Virus record (IMG/VR): IMGVR_UViG_3300030372_003692
Location: 1-43,072 of that record
Reading direction: 5' to 3' (one strand)
Length of the DNA: 43,072 nt
Source: a virus
Taxonomy: Duplodnaviria; Caudoviricetes
The notes beneath the pieces are model-generated. The model was not told the DNA's origin. It saw only the letters and a program-made list of their open reading frames with translations, and searched no databases. The position numbers were made by a program, and so were the translations under genes. Numbering within the stretch: the stretch's first letter is position 1; every line of letters starts with the position of its first letter. Positions 1 to 8,007 of this stretch are shown piece after piece.

Positions 1-119
1 AGGAGTTTAATTTCACTTGGCCATTAAAAAATGGTCTTTTTTGTTGTGTAGGGCTTGTGTATATCCAAAATGTGTGTATAATAAGAGTATTGAAAGTAAT
101 TAACAAACGGAGAAAAAAA
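1..119 (+). repeat. Repeated terminator+promoter+RBS unit (copy A)
   Basis: 1-77 is identical to 42077-42153; a diverged copy lies at about 41758-41872. It contains hairpin GGCCATT..AATGGTC plus a T run, TTGTGT(55-60)-N16-TATAAT(77-82) and RBS CGGAG. Confidence 0.9.
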
Positions 120-269
120 ATGGAAAAATTAGACTTAGGAAATAATCAATCATTAGTAAGCGGAATTACAAAAAATAATGACGGGACTTTTACAGCATTA
201 ACTTTCACACAATCAAAAACATTCAAAACATTAAACGGCGCTAAAAAATGGCTATTAAAAAGATCTTAA
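120..269 (+). CDS. DUF1391 (YdaF-like) small protein
   Basis: MEKLDLGNNQSLVSGITKNNDGTFTALTFTQSKTFKTLNGAKKWL matches the recalled DUF1391 pattern DLGNNES..N.DGTFTA.T.T.SKTFKT..GA..WL. ATG at 120 follows a GGAG RBS. Confidence 0.8.
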   Translation: MEKLDLGNNQSLVSGITKNNDGTFTALTFTQSKTFKTLNGAKKWLLKRS

Positions 270-273
270 AAAC

Positions 274-420
274 ATGCCAAGAATAAACATACACCTAAGC
301 AACCAAAATCTTGAGCTTGTCGATGAGCAAGCTAAGAAAGAGGGCCGCAGCCGCAGCGGTCATATCGCAGAATTAATCAAAGCAGAAGAAAAAAGGAGTA
401 ATGCAAATGAGCAAGACTAG
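274..420 (+). CDS. Ribbon-helix-helix (Arc/CopG-like) DNA-binding protein, allele A
   Basis: Hand-translated MPRINIHLSNQNLELVDEQAKKEGRSRSGHIAELIK: beta strand followed by the A..EGRSRS..I RHH pattern. The homolog at 42632 differs mostly at synonymous sites. Confidence 0.8.
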   Translation: MPRINIHLSNQNLELVDEQAKKEGRSRSGHIAELIKAEEKRSNANEQD

Positions 421-598
421 GGAAGAGCTGGTTAAGGCAGTCAAAGAGGCTGACAAGGAATGGGAAGAAGCTGACAAGGCATGGTATGAAGCTAGAGATG
501 CATACTATAAAGCTGAAGATGCATACTATAAAGCTGAAGATGCATACTATAAAGCTAAAAGAGCTTTGAGACAATACGACAGGGATCAAGTCAAATGA
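407..598 (+). CDS. MSKTR-family Ala-heptad repeat protein 1
   Basis: 5 heptads AxxAxxx; paralog of 595-852 and 42763-42966. Confidence 0.8.
   Translation: MSKTREELVKAVKEADKEWEEADKAWYEARDAYYKAEDAYYKAEDAYYKAKRALRQYDRDQVK
497..556 (+). repeat. 21-bp tandem repeat (GATGCATACTATAAAGCTGAA, about 2.9 copies)
   Basis: Read directly; encodes DAYYKAE repeats. Confidence 0.9.
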
Positions 599-852
599 GC
601 AAGACTAGGGAAGACTTATTAAAGGCAGTCGAAGAAGCTGACACGGCATGGAACAAAGCAGACAAGGCAAAGGACGAAGCTGAAAAGGCAAAAAAAGAAG
701 CTGAAGATGCACACACTCAGTCTTATTGGTCAGTTAGTAAAGCTAGAAAGGCGATAGAAGAATCTGAAAAGGCATGGTATAAAGCCGGTGATGCATGGGC
801 AGAAGCTAGAAGAGCTTTGAGACAATACGACGAGGGGCAAAGTAATGAGTGA
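595..852 (+). CDS. MSKTR-family Ala-heptad repeat protein 2
   Basis: 8 heptads; ATGA overlap with the previous paralog. Confidence 0.8.
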   Translation: MSKTREDLLKAVEEADTAWNKADKAKDEAEKAKKEAEDAHTQSYWSVSKARKAIEESEKAWYKAGDAWAEARRALRQYDEGQSNE

Positions 853-1222
853 ATTATTACTAGCCCTGTTAATAATAATCCCTCAATTAGAGGGTAACCC
901 TAACGGCAATCCGGCTGAGAATGCATTAGGGCCTTATCACATCACGCCAGTTATGGTGCAGGAAGTGAACCGAATAATGAGCATTAAAAAGCTAAAAGTT
1001 AAGTACAAACATGCGGACGCATTAAACGAAAGATTAGCCAAGCATATGACAGTCGTTCATCTACAGCATTGGGGCAAGCAATACGAAAAAAGAACAGGCA
1101 AAAAGGCAAGCATAGCCATTCTTGCAGCTATCCATAATAAAGGGCCATATGGTTATCAAAAAGAGGCAGGAAAGGAATATGGGAACAGAGCGAAAAATAT
1201 TTATGAGGATATGAGAAAATGA
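845..1222 (+). CDS. Lysozyme-like (SLT/i-type destabilase-like) muralytic enzyme, putative endolysin
   Basis: Hydrophobic N-terminus, putative catalytic Glu (QLEG), ALGPYHI and AAIHNKGP (cf. G.YQI and ARIHNGGP in this fold). Confidence 0.7.
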   Translation: MSELLLALLIIIPQLEGNPNGNPAENALGPYHITPVMVQEVNRIMSIKKLKVKYKHADALNERLAKHMTVVHLQHWGKQYEKRTGKKASIAILAAIHNKGPYGYQKEAGKEYGNRAKNIYEDMRK

Positions 1223-1306
1223 ATCAAGTCCAAAAAGGGAAACTTTACAGGAGAGGATACAAAAGAATCTTGATAAGTCATAAAAAAATTGCGACGAGGA
1301 GGAGTG

Positions 1307-1531
1307 ATGATAATTAAAATTAATCTAAGTGAGATGACGCACTTAAAGGATAAGTCAAAATATAATTATAATTTTTATTCGCATGGGAATATGGGATTAG
1401 AATTACTGCAGATATGTGACGAATATTTCAATAATAATGATTATTACCTAGTAGATGGAGATAAGAAAATACTCCTAGGCTCAACTGATTATGACGAAGA
1501 GGAAATTGAATTCATGTATAAATATACTTAA
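1307..1531 (+). CDS. Hypothetical protein
   Basis: ORF with strong GGAGGAG RBS before ATG 1307. Confidence 0.6.
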   Translation: MIIKINLSEMTHLKDKSKYNYNFYSHGNMGLELLQICDEYFNNNDYYLVDGDKKILLGSTDYDEEEIEFMYKYT

Positions 1532-1584
1532 AGAGGCCCTAAAATCGGACACTCGAACAAAGAAATACTAAAGGAACAAGAAAA

Positions 1585-1803
1585 ATGAACAAACAAATTT
1601 TAATTGCTATGGATTGGAAGAATAGAAGCAAAGAAGAATTAAAAGAGAACTATGAAGCTGCTGCTAATGCTGCCGCTGTTGCTTATGCTGCTGCTAATTC
1701 TAATAATCCGGCTGCTATCGAATACTGGCTTAAGGAGTACTTAGAGAAGACTGGCGAAAATAGAGAAGATTATGAAAAAGCTTTGGGAGATATGAGAAAA
1801 TGA
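1585..1803 (+). CDS. Hypothetical Ala-rich phage protein
   Basis: ORF with AAGGA RBS and a low-complexity AAANAAAVAYAAA tract. Confidence 0.7.
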   Translation: MNKQILIAMDWKNRSKEELKENYEAAANAAAVAYAAANSNNPAAIEYWLKEYLEKTGENREDYEKALGDMRK

Positions 1804-1976
1804 CCCAAAAATACATAGTCAAAGTCGATAGGTTTCTTATTCTGGTTTGTGTGTTGTGTGTGATAACTTCTGTAGTCAATGGGGTTAATCATTATCAAAA
1901 TATAAAGCTAATAGTAGAGGAAAATATAAACTTAAAAAAAAAGTTAGATAATAACAAAGCAAAGGATAAAAAGTAA
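1800..1976 (+). CDS. Small membrane protein (1 TM plus basic coiled coil)
   Basis: Hand-translated MTQKYIVKVDRFLILVCVLCVITSVVNGV...KDKK; ATGA overlap with the upstream gene. Confidence 0.55.
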   Translation: MTQKYIVKVDRFLILVCVLCVITSVVNGVNHYQNIKLIVEENINLKKKLDNNKAKDKK

Positions 1977-2040
1977 AAATACTATCATACACTATCAATT
2001 TTAATCTATTTTAAAAACACGATTTGACACGACTATTTTT

Positions 2041-2076
2041 AAAGCTGATGTTCTACGCATCGGCTTTTTTTCTTTT
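2041..2076 (+). terminator. Rho-independent terminator ending the early operon
   Basis: AAAGCTGATG-ttctacg-CATCGGCTTT followed by a T tract. Confidence 0.8.
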
Positions 2077-2129
2077 ACTTGGTTTTCTTTTTTTAAAATA
2101 AGTATAATAAAGCCCCCTAAAATATCAGA

Positions 2130-2158
2130 TTGCAACTTGTAAAAGCCGATTGTATAAT
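2130..2158 (+). promoter_or_regulatory. Sigma70-type promoter for packaging/structural genes
   Basis: TTGCAA(2130-2135)-N17-TATAAT(2153-2158) upstream of terS. Confidence 0.75.
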
Positions 2159-2186
2159 AAAGAAAAATAAAAACAACGGTCTATAC

Positions 2187-2645
2187 ATGGCTAGAAGCAG
2201 CACAAGCTTTAAAAAAGGCAATATCTTTTCAATAGGCAATAATGGCGGGCAACCTCCAAAATATAAAAACGCCCAAGAGTTAGAGGCAGCTATATATGAG
2301 TATTTTGAAGGAAAAGGACCTCAATATAATAATGATGGTGTATTCACTCATTATGATTGCCCCGCAATAACTGGCCTCGCTTTATATCTCGGTTTTTGCG
2401 ATAGACAGTCACTTTACGACTATGAAAAGAAACCGGAGTTTTCTTGCATAATCAAAAGAGCAAGAACTTGTATTGAAAATCATTACGAAAATTCACTCAA
2501 CGGTAAATCATCTCAAGGCGCTCAATTTGCACTTAAAAATATGGGATGGGCAGACCGCCAAGAAATCACACACAACGACAATAGAGATAAGGCTGAACAG
2601 AGTAGGCTTATTATGGAAGCTTTAAAAAATAAATCTAGGAAATAA
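2187..2645 (+). CDS. terS: Terminase small subunit (P22 gp3-like DNA-packaging protein)
   Basis: GGQPPKYK..EL..AI.EYF, ITGLALYLGF..RQSLYDY and GAQFALKNMGWAD motifs; ATG at 2187 follows the promoter. Confidence 0.85.
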   Translation: MARSSTSFKKGNIFSIGNNGGQPPKYKNAQELEAAIYEYFEGKGPQYNNDGVFTHYDCPAITGLALYLGFCDRQSLYDYEKKPEFSCIIKRARTCIENHYENSLNGKSSQGAQFALKNMGWADRQEITHNDNRDKAEQSRLIMEALKNKSRK

Positions 2646-2650
2646 GGAAA

Positions 2651-3310
2651 ATGGCACAAGCAAAACCAGACTTAACAAACGGCATATGGGGATCGAATGG
2701 TTCCACTACTGATCCAGGTGCAGCTAAAACCATTATTGGCTGGATAAATGAGAACCCACCAGCAGAAGTACAAAACTGGTGGCAAAATAGAGCTGATGAG
2801 TTTATTACTCATGTCAATCAAGAAGGCATAGCAGTATGGGACGCGGCAACCGATTACCCTGTAGATGGATTAGCGAAAGGCTCAGACGGCACCGTTTATA
2901 AATCCCTACAGACTCCAAATGTAAATCAAGATCCTATTTCAGTTCCTACTTACTGGGAGTTATGGGACCCTTCCAACTCTTCTTTGCCTTCTGATAATAT
3001 TCAAAGTGATACTTATTTAACGTTTACTGTTTCTGGTGGTGTTCCCACTACAGAAGAGTCTAATAATGCAACAGTTACAAGAAATGGTAACGGTGATTAC
3101 AGTATTGCATATACTTTAAATATGCCTAACTTAAAACATTATATAATTATAACTGTAGGAAGTGAAAGCGCAACAGCTGATAGGTCTGTTTGTATAGAAG
3201 ACGGAACTAAAGCTGTAAGTGGTTTTTCCTTTTTAGTTTCTGGCACAGCTGACGGAGCTGCGCAAGACCCGTCAATAGTTGATATAGTAGTAATGAGAGA
3301 TTTTTCATAA
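2651..3310 (+). CDS. Short tail fibre protein
   Basis: N-terminal baseplate-anchor pattern KPDL..W..G..GW..E.PP.E..NW.QNRAD..I.H.NQ.GI..WD...Y of DUF2612-type myoviruses; C-terminal VTRNGNGDYSI.Y..MP domain. Confidence 0.75.
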   Translation: MAQAKPDLTNGIWGSNGSTTDPGAAKTIIGWINENPPAEVQNWWQNRADEFITHVNQEGIAVWDAATDYPVDGLAKGSDGTVYKSLQTPNVNQDPISVPTYWELWDPSNSSLPSDNIQSDTYLTFTVSGGVPTTEESNNATVTRNGNGDYSIAYTLNMPNLKHYIIITVGSESATADRSVCIEDGTKAVSGFSFLVSGTADGAAQDPSIVDIVVMRDFS

Positions 3311-3759
3311 TGAGTAAATATTTAGTAGAAGATAGAGGTGAGGGGTTACCTTGTCGTATAAGCGAGTTTAAAGGCGATGATTCTTTCCAGCCAGCCGCTA
3401 ATCAATTAGTAGTTAATAAGTCAGACTTACCTAACTGTTTACCTGATTACTGGTCTATTGTCAATGGCGCAATAGTTGCAGATGATAAACCAGCAAAAAT
3501 AAAAGACATAAAAAGACAGCGTGATTTAGATATGAATGACATAACGGTCATGCATAATTCTAAAAACTGGTCATTCAATCGTCAAAATAGGGCTGATTTT
3601 GATATGAAAATATCAAGAGATAGAAATTTTGACTGGAAATCAGACGAAGGAAGTATTGTCGAGCTGACTTCAGCAGTAGCGGAAAACATTGCAAAGAAAG
3701 TCGATGACGCTATGACTCAAATATTCTTCGATGCAGAAACAGCTATTTCTCAATTATAG
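3310..3759 (+). CDS. Tail fibre assembly protein (DUF4376-like)
   Basis: Follows the fibre gene; KIKDIKRQRD...FDWKSDEGSIVELT pattern. Confidence 0.55.
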   Translation: MSKYLVEDRGEGLPCRISEFKGDDSFQPAANQLVVNKSDLPNCLPDYWSIVNGAIVADDKPAKIKDIKRQRDLDMNDITVMHNSKNWSFNRQNRADFDMKISRDRNFDWKSDEGSIVELTSAVAENIAKKVDDAMTQIFFDAETAISQL

Positions 3760-3790
3760 GCCAAGAACACTCATAAGGGACGACAACGCT

Positions 3791-4126
3791 ATGGCTGATA
3801 AAGAAAAGCCTATGGTTTTAACTTTTAACGCTATTTGGGTAGTTATAGTTTTCGTTTTTAGTTTAGGTGTTTTACACACAAAAGTAACGAACGGCGTTGA
3901 AGAAAATGCAGAAAGTATACAAAATTTGAAATTAGAAACTTCAAAAAGTATAGCTAATCTAAAATCACGAGTAGAGTCTGATTCTAAAGCGATCTATTTA
4001 GAAATTAAAGCTCTGAATAGGTCGCAAGATGAATCTAATAAAAAAGGTGCTGAATTAAACAACGATGTAGAATGGTTAAAAAGAGGGCAACAGGAAATTA
4101 AAGACCTTATAAAAAGTAAAAATTAA
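3791..4126 (+). CDS. Membrane protein with coiled coil (holin-like candidate)
   Basis: One TM (AIWVVIVFVFSLGVL) and a coiled-coil C-terminus ending WLKRGQQEIKDLIK. Confidence 0.5.
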   Translation: MADKEKPMVLTFNAIWVVIVFVFSLGVLHTKVTNGVEENAESIQNLKLETSKSIANLKSRVESDSKAIYLEIKALNRSQDESNKKGAELNNDVEWLKRGQQEIKDLIKSKN

Positions 4127-5514
4127 TGTTAAATCCTGAACAAATAGCACAGTGTAGAATAGATTTTAAATCTTACATAAAAACCATATTCAAATATCAT
4201 TATCGAAAAGAGTTTGTATTTAAACCTCATCACGAAAAATTAATAGAGGCTATGGAGCAAGTCGTTACAGGCGACATTCAAAACCTCATTATCAATATGC
4301 CACCAAGACATGGCAAGACTGAAATAGCTATCATTATGTTTTGCTCTTGGTGTTTCGGAAACTTCCCAGATTCTAAATTTATTAATGCCTCAGTATCCGC
4401 CACACTTGCCCAAGACAACGCAATAAAAGTCAGGGATGTTTTAAGGTCAGATATATTCAGGGTTATTTATCCTGATTTTGATCTTAAGAGAGATAAGAAC
4501 GCAGCCGATCACTTTAAGACCGAGGACGGCGGCGAGTTCTATTCCTGTGGTTCCGGTGGTGGTATTATCGGTCATGGATTTGGAAGCTCTGTAGATGACG
4601 GAATATTTCACGGGGCCGGTATAATTGACGACCCTATGGAAGCAATGGACGCATATTCGCCAGTTAAAAGAGAAAAAATAAATACATGGTGTAGTCAGGG
4701 TTTCAGATCAAGAGCAAACCACAGAAAAGCGCCTAAGATATTAATTATGCAGAGGCTCCACGAATTAGATCTAAGTGCTTTTTTGATGGAAGGTGGAAGC
4801 GGGGAAGAGTGGCATAGTATTGTAATTCCTATCCTAGACGACAACGAGGAACCTATATGGTCAGAAAAGTTTAGTAAAAAAGATTTAGAAGAGTTGAAGA
4901 AAGCCGACCCTTATTTCTTTCAAAGCCAATTAATGCAAAGGCCTACACCAATAGGAGGTGGAATATTCAAAGACGATTACTGGCGGTTTTATACAGACCT
5001 TCCGATCATTGTATCTAAAAGAATATACGGTGATACTGCCTTAAAAACTAAAGAAATGAACGACTATTCTGTTTTCCAATGTTGGGGAAAATCAAAAGAG
5101 GGGCAGATTTATCTACTTGATCAAGTGCGCGGCAAATGGGAAGCTCCAGAATTGAAAATACAAGCTAAGGCGTTTTATAATAAACATAATGTTGGCTACG
5201 CTCATGTTAATGCATTTAAGATTGAAGATAAAGCCAGCGGTACTGGTTTAATTCAGTCGCTAAGGCGTGAAGGTTTACCAATTGTTGAAATACCGAGAGA
5301 AAAGGATAAAGTTACAAGAGCTAACGATAGTATTGGGCTTTTAGCTAGTGGAAATGTTTATTTACCAGAGAATGCGCCATGGTTAAGTGATTATTTAGCA
5401 GAGTTTTCTATTTTTCCAGACGGTAAACACGATGACCAAGTAGACCCAACTATGGACGCAATAGAAGACTTTTTAAGATTAGATGTAATAGATTATTCGG
5501 AGATGTTTAAATAA
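4126..5514 (+). CDS. terL: Terminase large subunit
   Basis: Walker A PPRHGKT, Walker B IIDDP, MQRLH coupling motif, nuclease motifs IEDKASG and HDDQVD. Confidence 0.97.
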   Translation: MLNPEQIAQCRIDFKSYIKTIFKYHYRKEFVFKPHHEKLIEAMEQVVTGDIQNLIINMPPRHGKTEIAIIMFCSWCFGNFPDSKFINASVSATLAQDNAIKVRDVLRSDIFRVIYPDFDLKRDKNAADHFKTEDGGEFYSCGSGGGIIGHGFGSSVDDGIFHGAGIIDDPMEAMDAYSPVKREKINTWCSQGFRSRANHRKAPKILIMQRLHELDLSAFLMEGGSGEEWHSIVIPILDDNEEPIWSEKFSKKDLEELKKADPYFFQSQLMQRPTPIGGGIFKDDYWRFYTDLPIIVSKRIYGDTALKTKEMNDYSVFQCWGKSKEGQIYLLDQVRGKWEAPELKIQAKAFYNKHNVGYAHVNAFKIEDKASGTGLIQSLRREGLPIVEIPREKDKVTRANDSIGLLASGNVYLPENAPWLSDYLAEFSIFPDGKHDDQVDPTMDAIEDFLRLDVIDYSEMFK

Positions 5515-5515
5515 A

Positions 5516-6715
5516 ATGGGTAAATTAAAAAGATGGACTGACGGTTTAAACGACTTTTTAAGTTCTTTAACTAATAGGCGTAATGCTTCAGCTAGAAACA
5601 ATTTTGTAAGTGATAGTTTAAGCCTGCAAGAGCTGAGAGCAATTTATAAAAGCGGTACGGCTAATAAAATATTCAGGATTAAGACAGGCGCGGCTTTATC
5701 TGATACAATAATATTTTTTAGTGAAGAAGACAAAGAAATATATAAAGCCAAGGTATCTAAGGCAGTAAAAAAAGCTTGTATGTATCAGCTAGGTTTTGGT
5801 CGTGGCATTGTCGTTATTCATGAAAATGGGGCTGTGTTAGATCAACCTCTTAGAGATGGATGGAATAAAAGCAAGTATAAATTAGATGTTTTTAGTGGCG
5901 ATGAGATAACCGCTACACAAGTTGAACAAGACTTACAAAGTCCAAGATTTTATAAACCTGAATACTATGTGGTTAGAGGTTATAATATACACTGGACAAG
6001 AGTAGCAGATTTTACATACATCGAGCCAATACTTCAAGAAGCTCCAAATTATCGTTATGGCGGTATTTCTGAAAGTGAAATAATTTACGATCAATTAGTA
6101 AATGATGGAATTATACAAAGGGCTAGTGCTTCCATTATAGAAAAAAACTCTAATTTATTTTACAAAATAAAAGACTTTAAAAGTATAATGTCACAAGGTA
6201 AAGAATCAAATTTATTGAAGTATATAAGCACTATGGAAAATCATCGGTCAATTTATGGCGCTGGGATAGTAGACATGGATGATGATGTTTTTAATGTGTC
6301 GCAAACTTTGACAAATTTAAAAGAAATAGATGATGTTTCCCTTCGTAGGCTATCACTTGTTACTGGTATTCCTGTTTCTTGGCTGGTTGGTGAAAATGTA
6401 AAAGGCTTAAACTCATCTGGTGAGAACGAGCTAAAGATATTTAATGACATGGTTAAAACTTATCAAGAGTTTTATATTATCGACACTCTTAATGAGCTTC
6501 TTCATAAGCTGGGATTAAATCATGTTAAGTTTAAAGACACTCAAGCGGGTACACCTTTAGAAGATGCCAATTACGAGAAGGTAGTTATAGGTAATGCTTT
6601 TCAACTTGCTCAAATGGGCGAGGATTTTGATACTTATCTAAAAGAAAAAGATATCATACGAGATAATGACAACGTTGATTCATTTTTTGATTGTGATTTA
6701 GGCGACGATGAATAA
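5516..6715 (+). CDS. Portal protein (DUF1073-type)
   Basis: Follows terL; TGIPVSWLVGENVKGLNSSGENE motif. Confidence 0.88.
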   Translation: MGKLKRWTDGLNDFLSSLTNRRNASARNNFVSDSLSLQELRAIYKSGTANKIFRIKTGAALSDTIIFFSEEDKEIYKAKVSKAVKKACMYQLGFGRGIVVIHENGAVLDQPLRDGWNKSKYKLDVFSGDEITATQVEQDLQSPRFYKPEYYVVRGYNIHWTRVADFTYIEPILQEAPNYRYGGISESEIIYDQLVNDGIIQRASASIIEKNSNLFYKIKDFKSIMSQGKESNLLKYISTMENHRSIYGAGIVDMDDDVFNVSQTLTNLKEIDDVSLRRLSLVTGIPVSWLVGENVKGLNSSGENELKIFNDMVKTYQEFYIIDTLNELLHKLGLNHVKFKDTQAGTPLEDANYEKVVIGNAFQLAQMGEDFDTYLKEKDIIRDNDNVDSFFDCDLGDDE

Positions 6716-7530
6716 TGAAAAGAGAAATTACACTTCCTGAGGAAAAGGAGCTGAAAGCCGCGCCATACCCTAGAGGTTTAGAAAAGCAATTTGTTTCATT
6801 AATGGGTAATATGACTGAGGCTATAATAAAACAGTATCGTAATGAAACATTTAAAAAGCTTAATAAAAAGACTATTGACAAATTCGAAGATACTCAAGTT
6901 GGTAATTGGGCTAGTATTTTTTCGACTTTATCTAATAGGGCAAAAGCAAAAATAAACAAACGTTTTAATAAAAAGCGTATCCGCGATAGAGTCAGTCAGA
7001 TTTTAAAAAGCTTAAACAAGGTTAATCAAGATGTAGTTTTTAATGAAGTAGAGAAAAGTGTAGGCATAAGCGCTAATGAACTCATAAAAACTGAAGGATT
7101 GAAGCCTCAAACTAATGCGCTTATTGAAGAGTCTATAGAATGGGTTAATCGTAACTTGGATGAAACACTCGCTGATTTATCGGCTAACTCACTTAGAATA
7201 ATGGCAGAGGGAAAACCGGTTGAGGAAGTACTTGAAGGTTTTGAGCAGATAGCAAATAAGCGCGTAGAGTCTTCCAAGTTTGTAGCTCGCAATCAAATTG
7301 CCAATTTTAACTCATTGACTAATAAAATTAGATATCAGAATTTAGGAATTACCGAGGCGGTTTGGTCTACTGCCCGCGATGAGCGCGTCAGGCCATGCCA
7401 TGCAGTTAGAGAAGGTAAAAGGTTTAAGTTAGATGAAGGGTTATATTCATCATGTGATGGAAAAACTTTACTTCCAAGCATGGACTATAATTGCCGTTGC
7501 ATAATGAAGCCGATCATCCCTGAGGATTAG
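6715..7530 (+). CDS. Head morphogenesis protein (SPP1 gp7/Mu F-like)
   Basis: WSTARDERVRPCHAVREGK...P..DYNCRC motif. Confidence 0.93.
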   Translation: MKREITLPEEKELKAAPYPRGLEKQFVSLMGNMTEAIIKQYRNETFKKLNKKTIDKFEDTQVGNWASIFSTLSNRAKAKINKRFNKKRIRDRVSQILKSLNKVNQDVVFNEVEKSVGISANELIKTEGLKPQTNALIEESIEWVNRNLDETLADLSANSLRIMAEGKPVEEVLEGFEQIANKRVESSKFVARNQIANFNSLTNKIRYQNLGITEAVWSTARDERVRPCHAVREGKRFKLDEGLYSSCDGKTLLPSMDYNCRCIMKPIIPED

Positions 7531-7678
7531 ATTCCAACTTCCTTACTGCGTTGATTAATCTATTGCTTACTTTCTGGTATTTGGCATTCTTTAAAGTCTT
7601 TTCAGAGTAGCCAGTCCTTTTAGCCATTTCCTTCCAAGTGATGCCGAGGCGTTTCTTTATCTCTGTTATTTCGGTCAT
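7514..7678 (-). CDS. Small XRE-like helix-turn-helix protein
   Basis: Hand-translated MTEITEIKKRLGITWKEMAKRTGYSEKTLKNAKYQKVSNRLINAVRKLESNPQG; starts immediately after the stop of 7680-7982. Confidence 0.75.
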   Translation of the reverse strand: MTEITEIKKRLGITWKEMAKRTGYSEKTLKNAKYQKVSNRLINAVRKLESNPQG

Positions 7679-7679
7679 A

Positions 7680-7982
7680 TTATTTAAAGATTGCTAAATA
7701 AAATAAAAAAGCCACGAACGACAGGCCGAGAAATACAACGAAACGAAAAAAGCCGCTTTCGCCAGTTTTAGGTTTTCTAATTAAAGGCACCTCATGAGAT
7801 TCAATCGAGCATTCAGGACAGATAGCCCTATTTTTATGGAGTAGCAAAAACAACCAGAGAGGCAAAAAGAATATCAAACCGATTATTACGACTGGCCAAT
7901 ACCAGCCGTGCTTCTTAACTTCAAAGCTGCCTTGATAGCCGCATTCAACGTTCTCACATTTCATACTATTTAGGGATTTCAT
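7680..7982 (-). CDS. Membrane protein with LITAF-like Cys..Cys-TM-CxxC architecture (moron)
   Basis: CENVECG, hydrophobic WYWPVVIIGLIFFLPLWLFLLL, CPEC and a second C-terminal TM; AGGAG RBS. Confidence 0.7.
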   Translation of the reverse strand: MKSLNSMKCENVECGYQGSFEVKKHGWYWPVVIIGLIFFLPLWLFLLLHKNRAICPECSIESHEVPLIRKPKTGESGFFRFVVFLGLSFVAFLFYLAIFK

Positions 7983-8007
7983 TTATTAACTCGCTCCTTT
8001 TATTTAA

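Noticed and set aside
401-852. CRISPR mini-array or DGR template/variable repeats
   Set aside because: The repeats are in-frame 21-nt coding units without spacers, differences are not adenine-specific, and no reverse transcriptase or cas gene was recognised.
2059-2150. 10-nt complementarity between the terminator arm ATCGGCTTTT and the promoter spacer AAAAGCCGAT
   Set aside because: The second element lies downstream of the termination point and within a promoter spacer, so it cannot act as an antiterminator; possibly chance.
5516-6715. Anti-CBASS Acb1 nuclease (label often attached to DUF1073 proteins)
   Set aside because: Position and motifs indicate a portal; no appended 2H-phosphoesterase domain with paired HxT/S motifs is visible.
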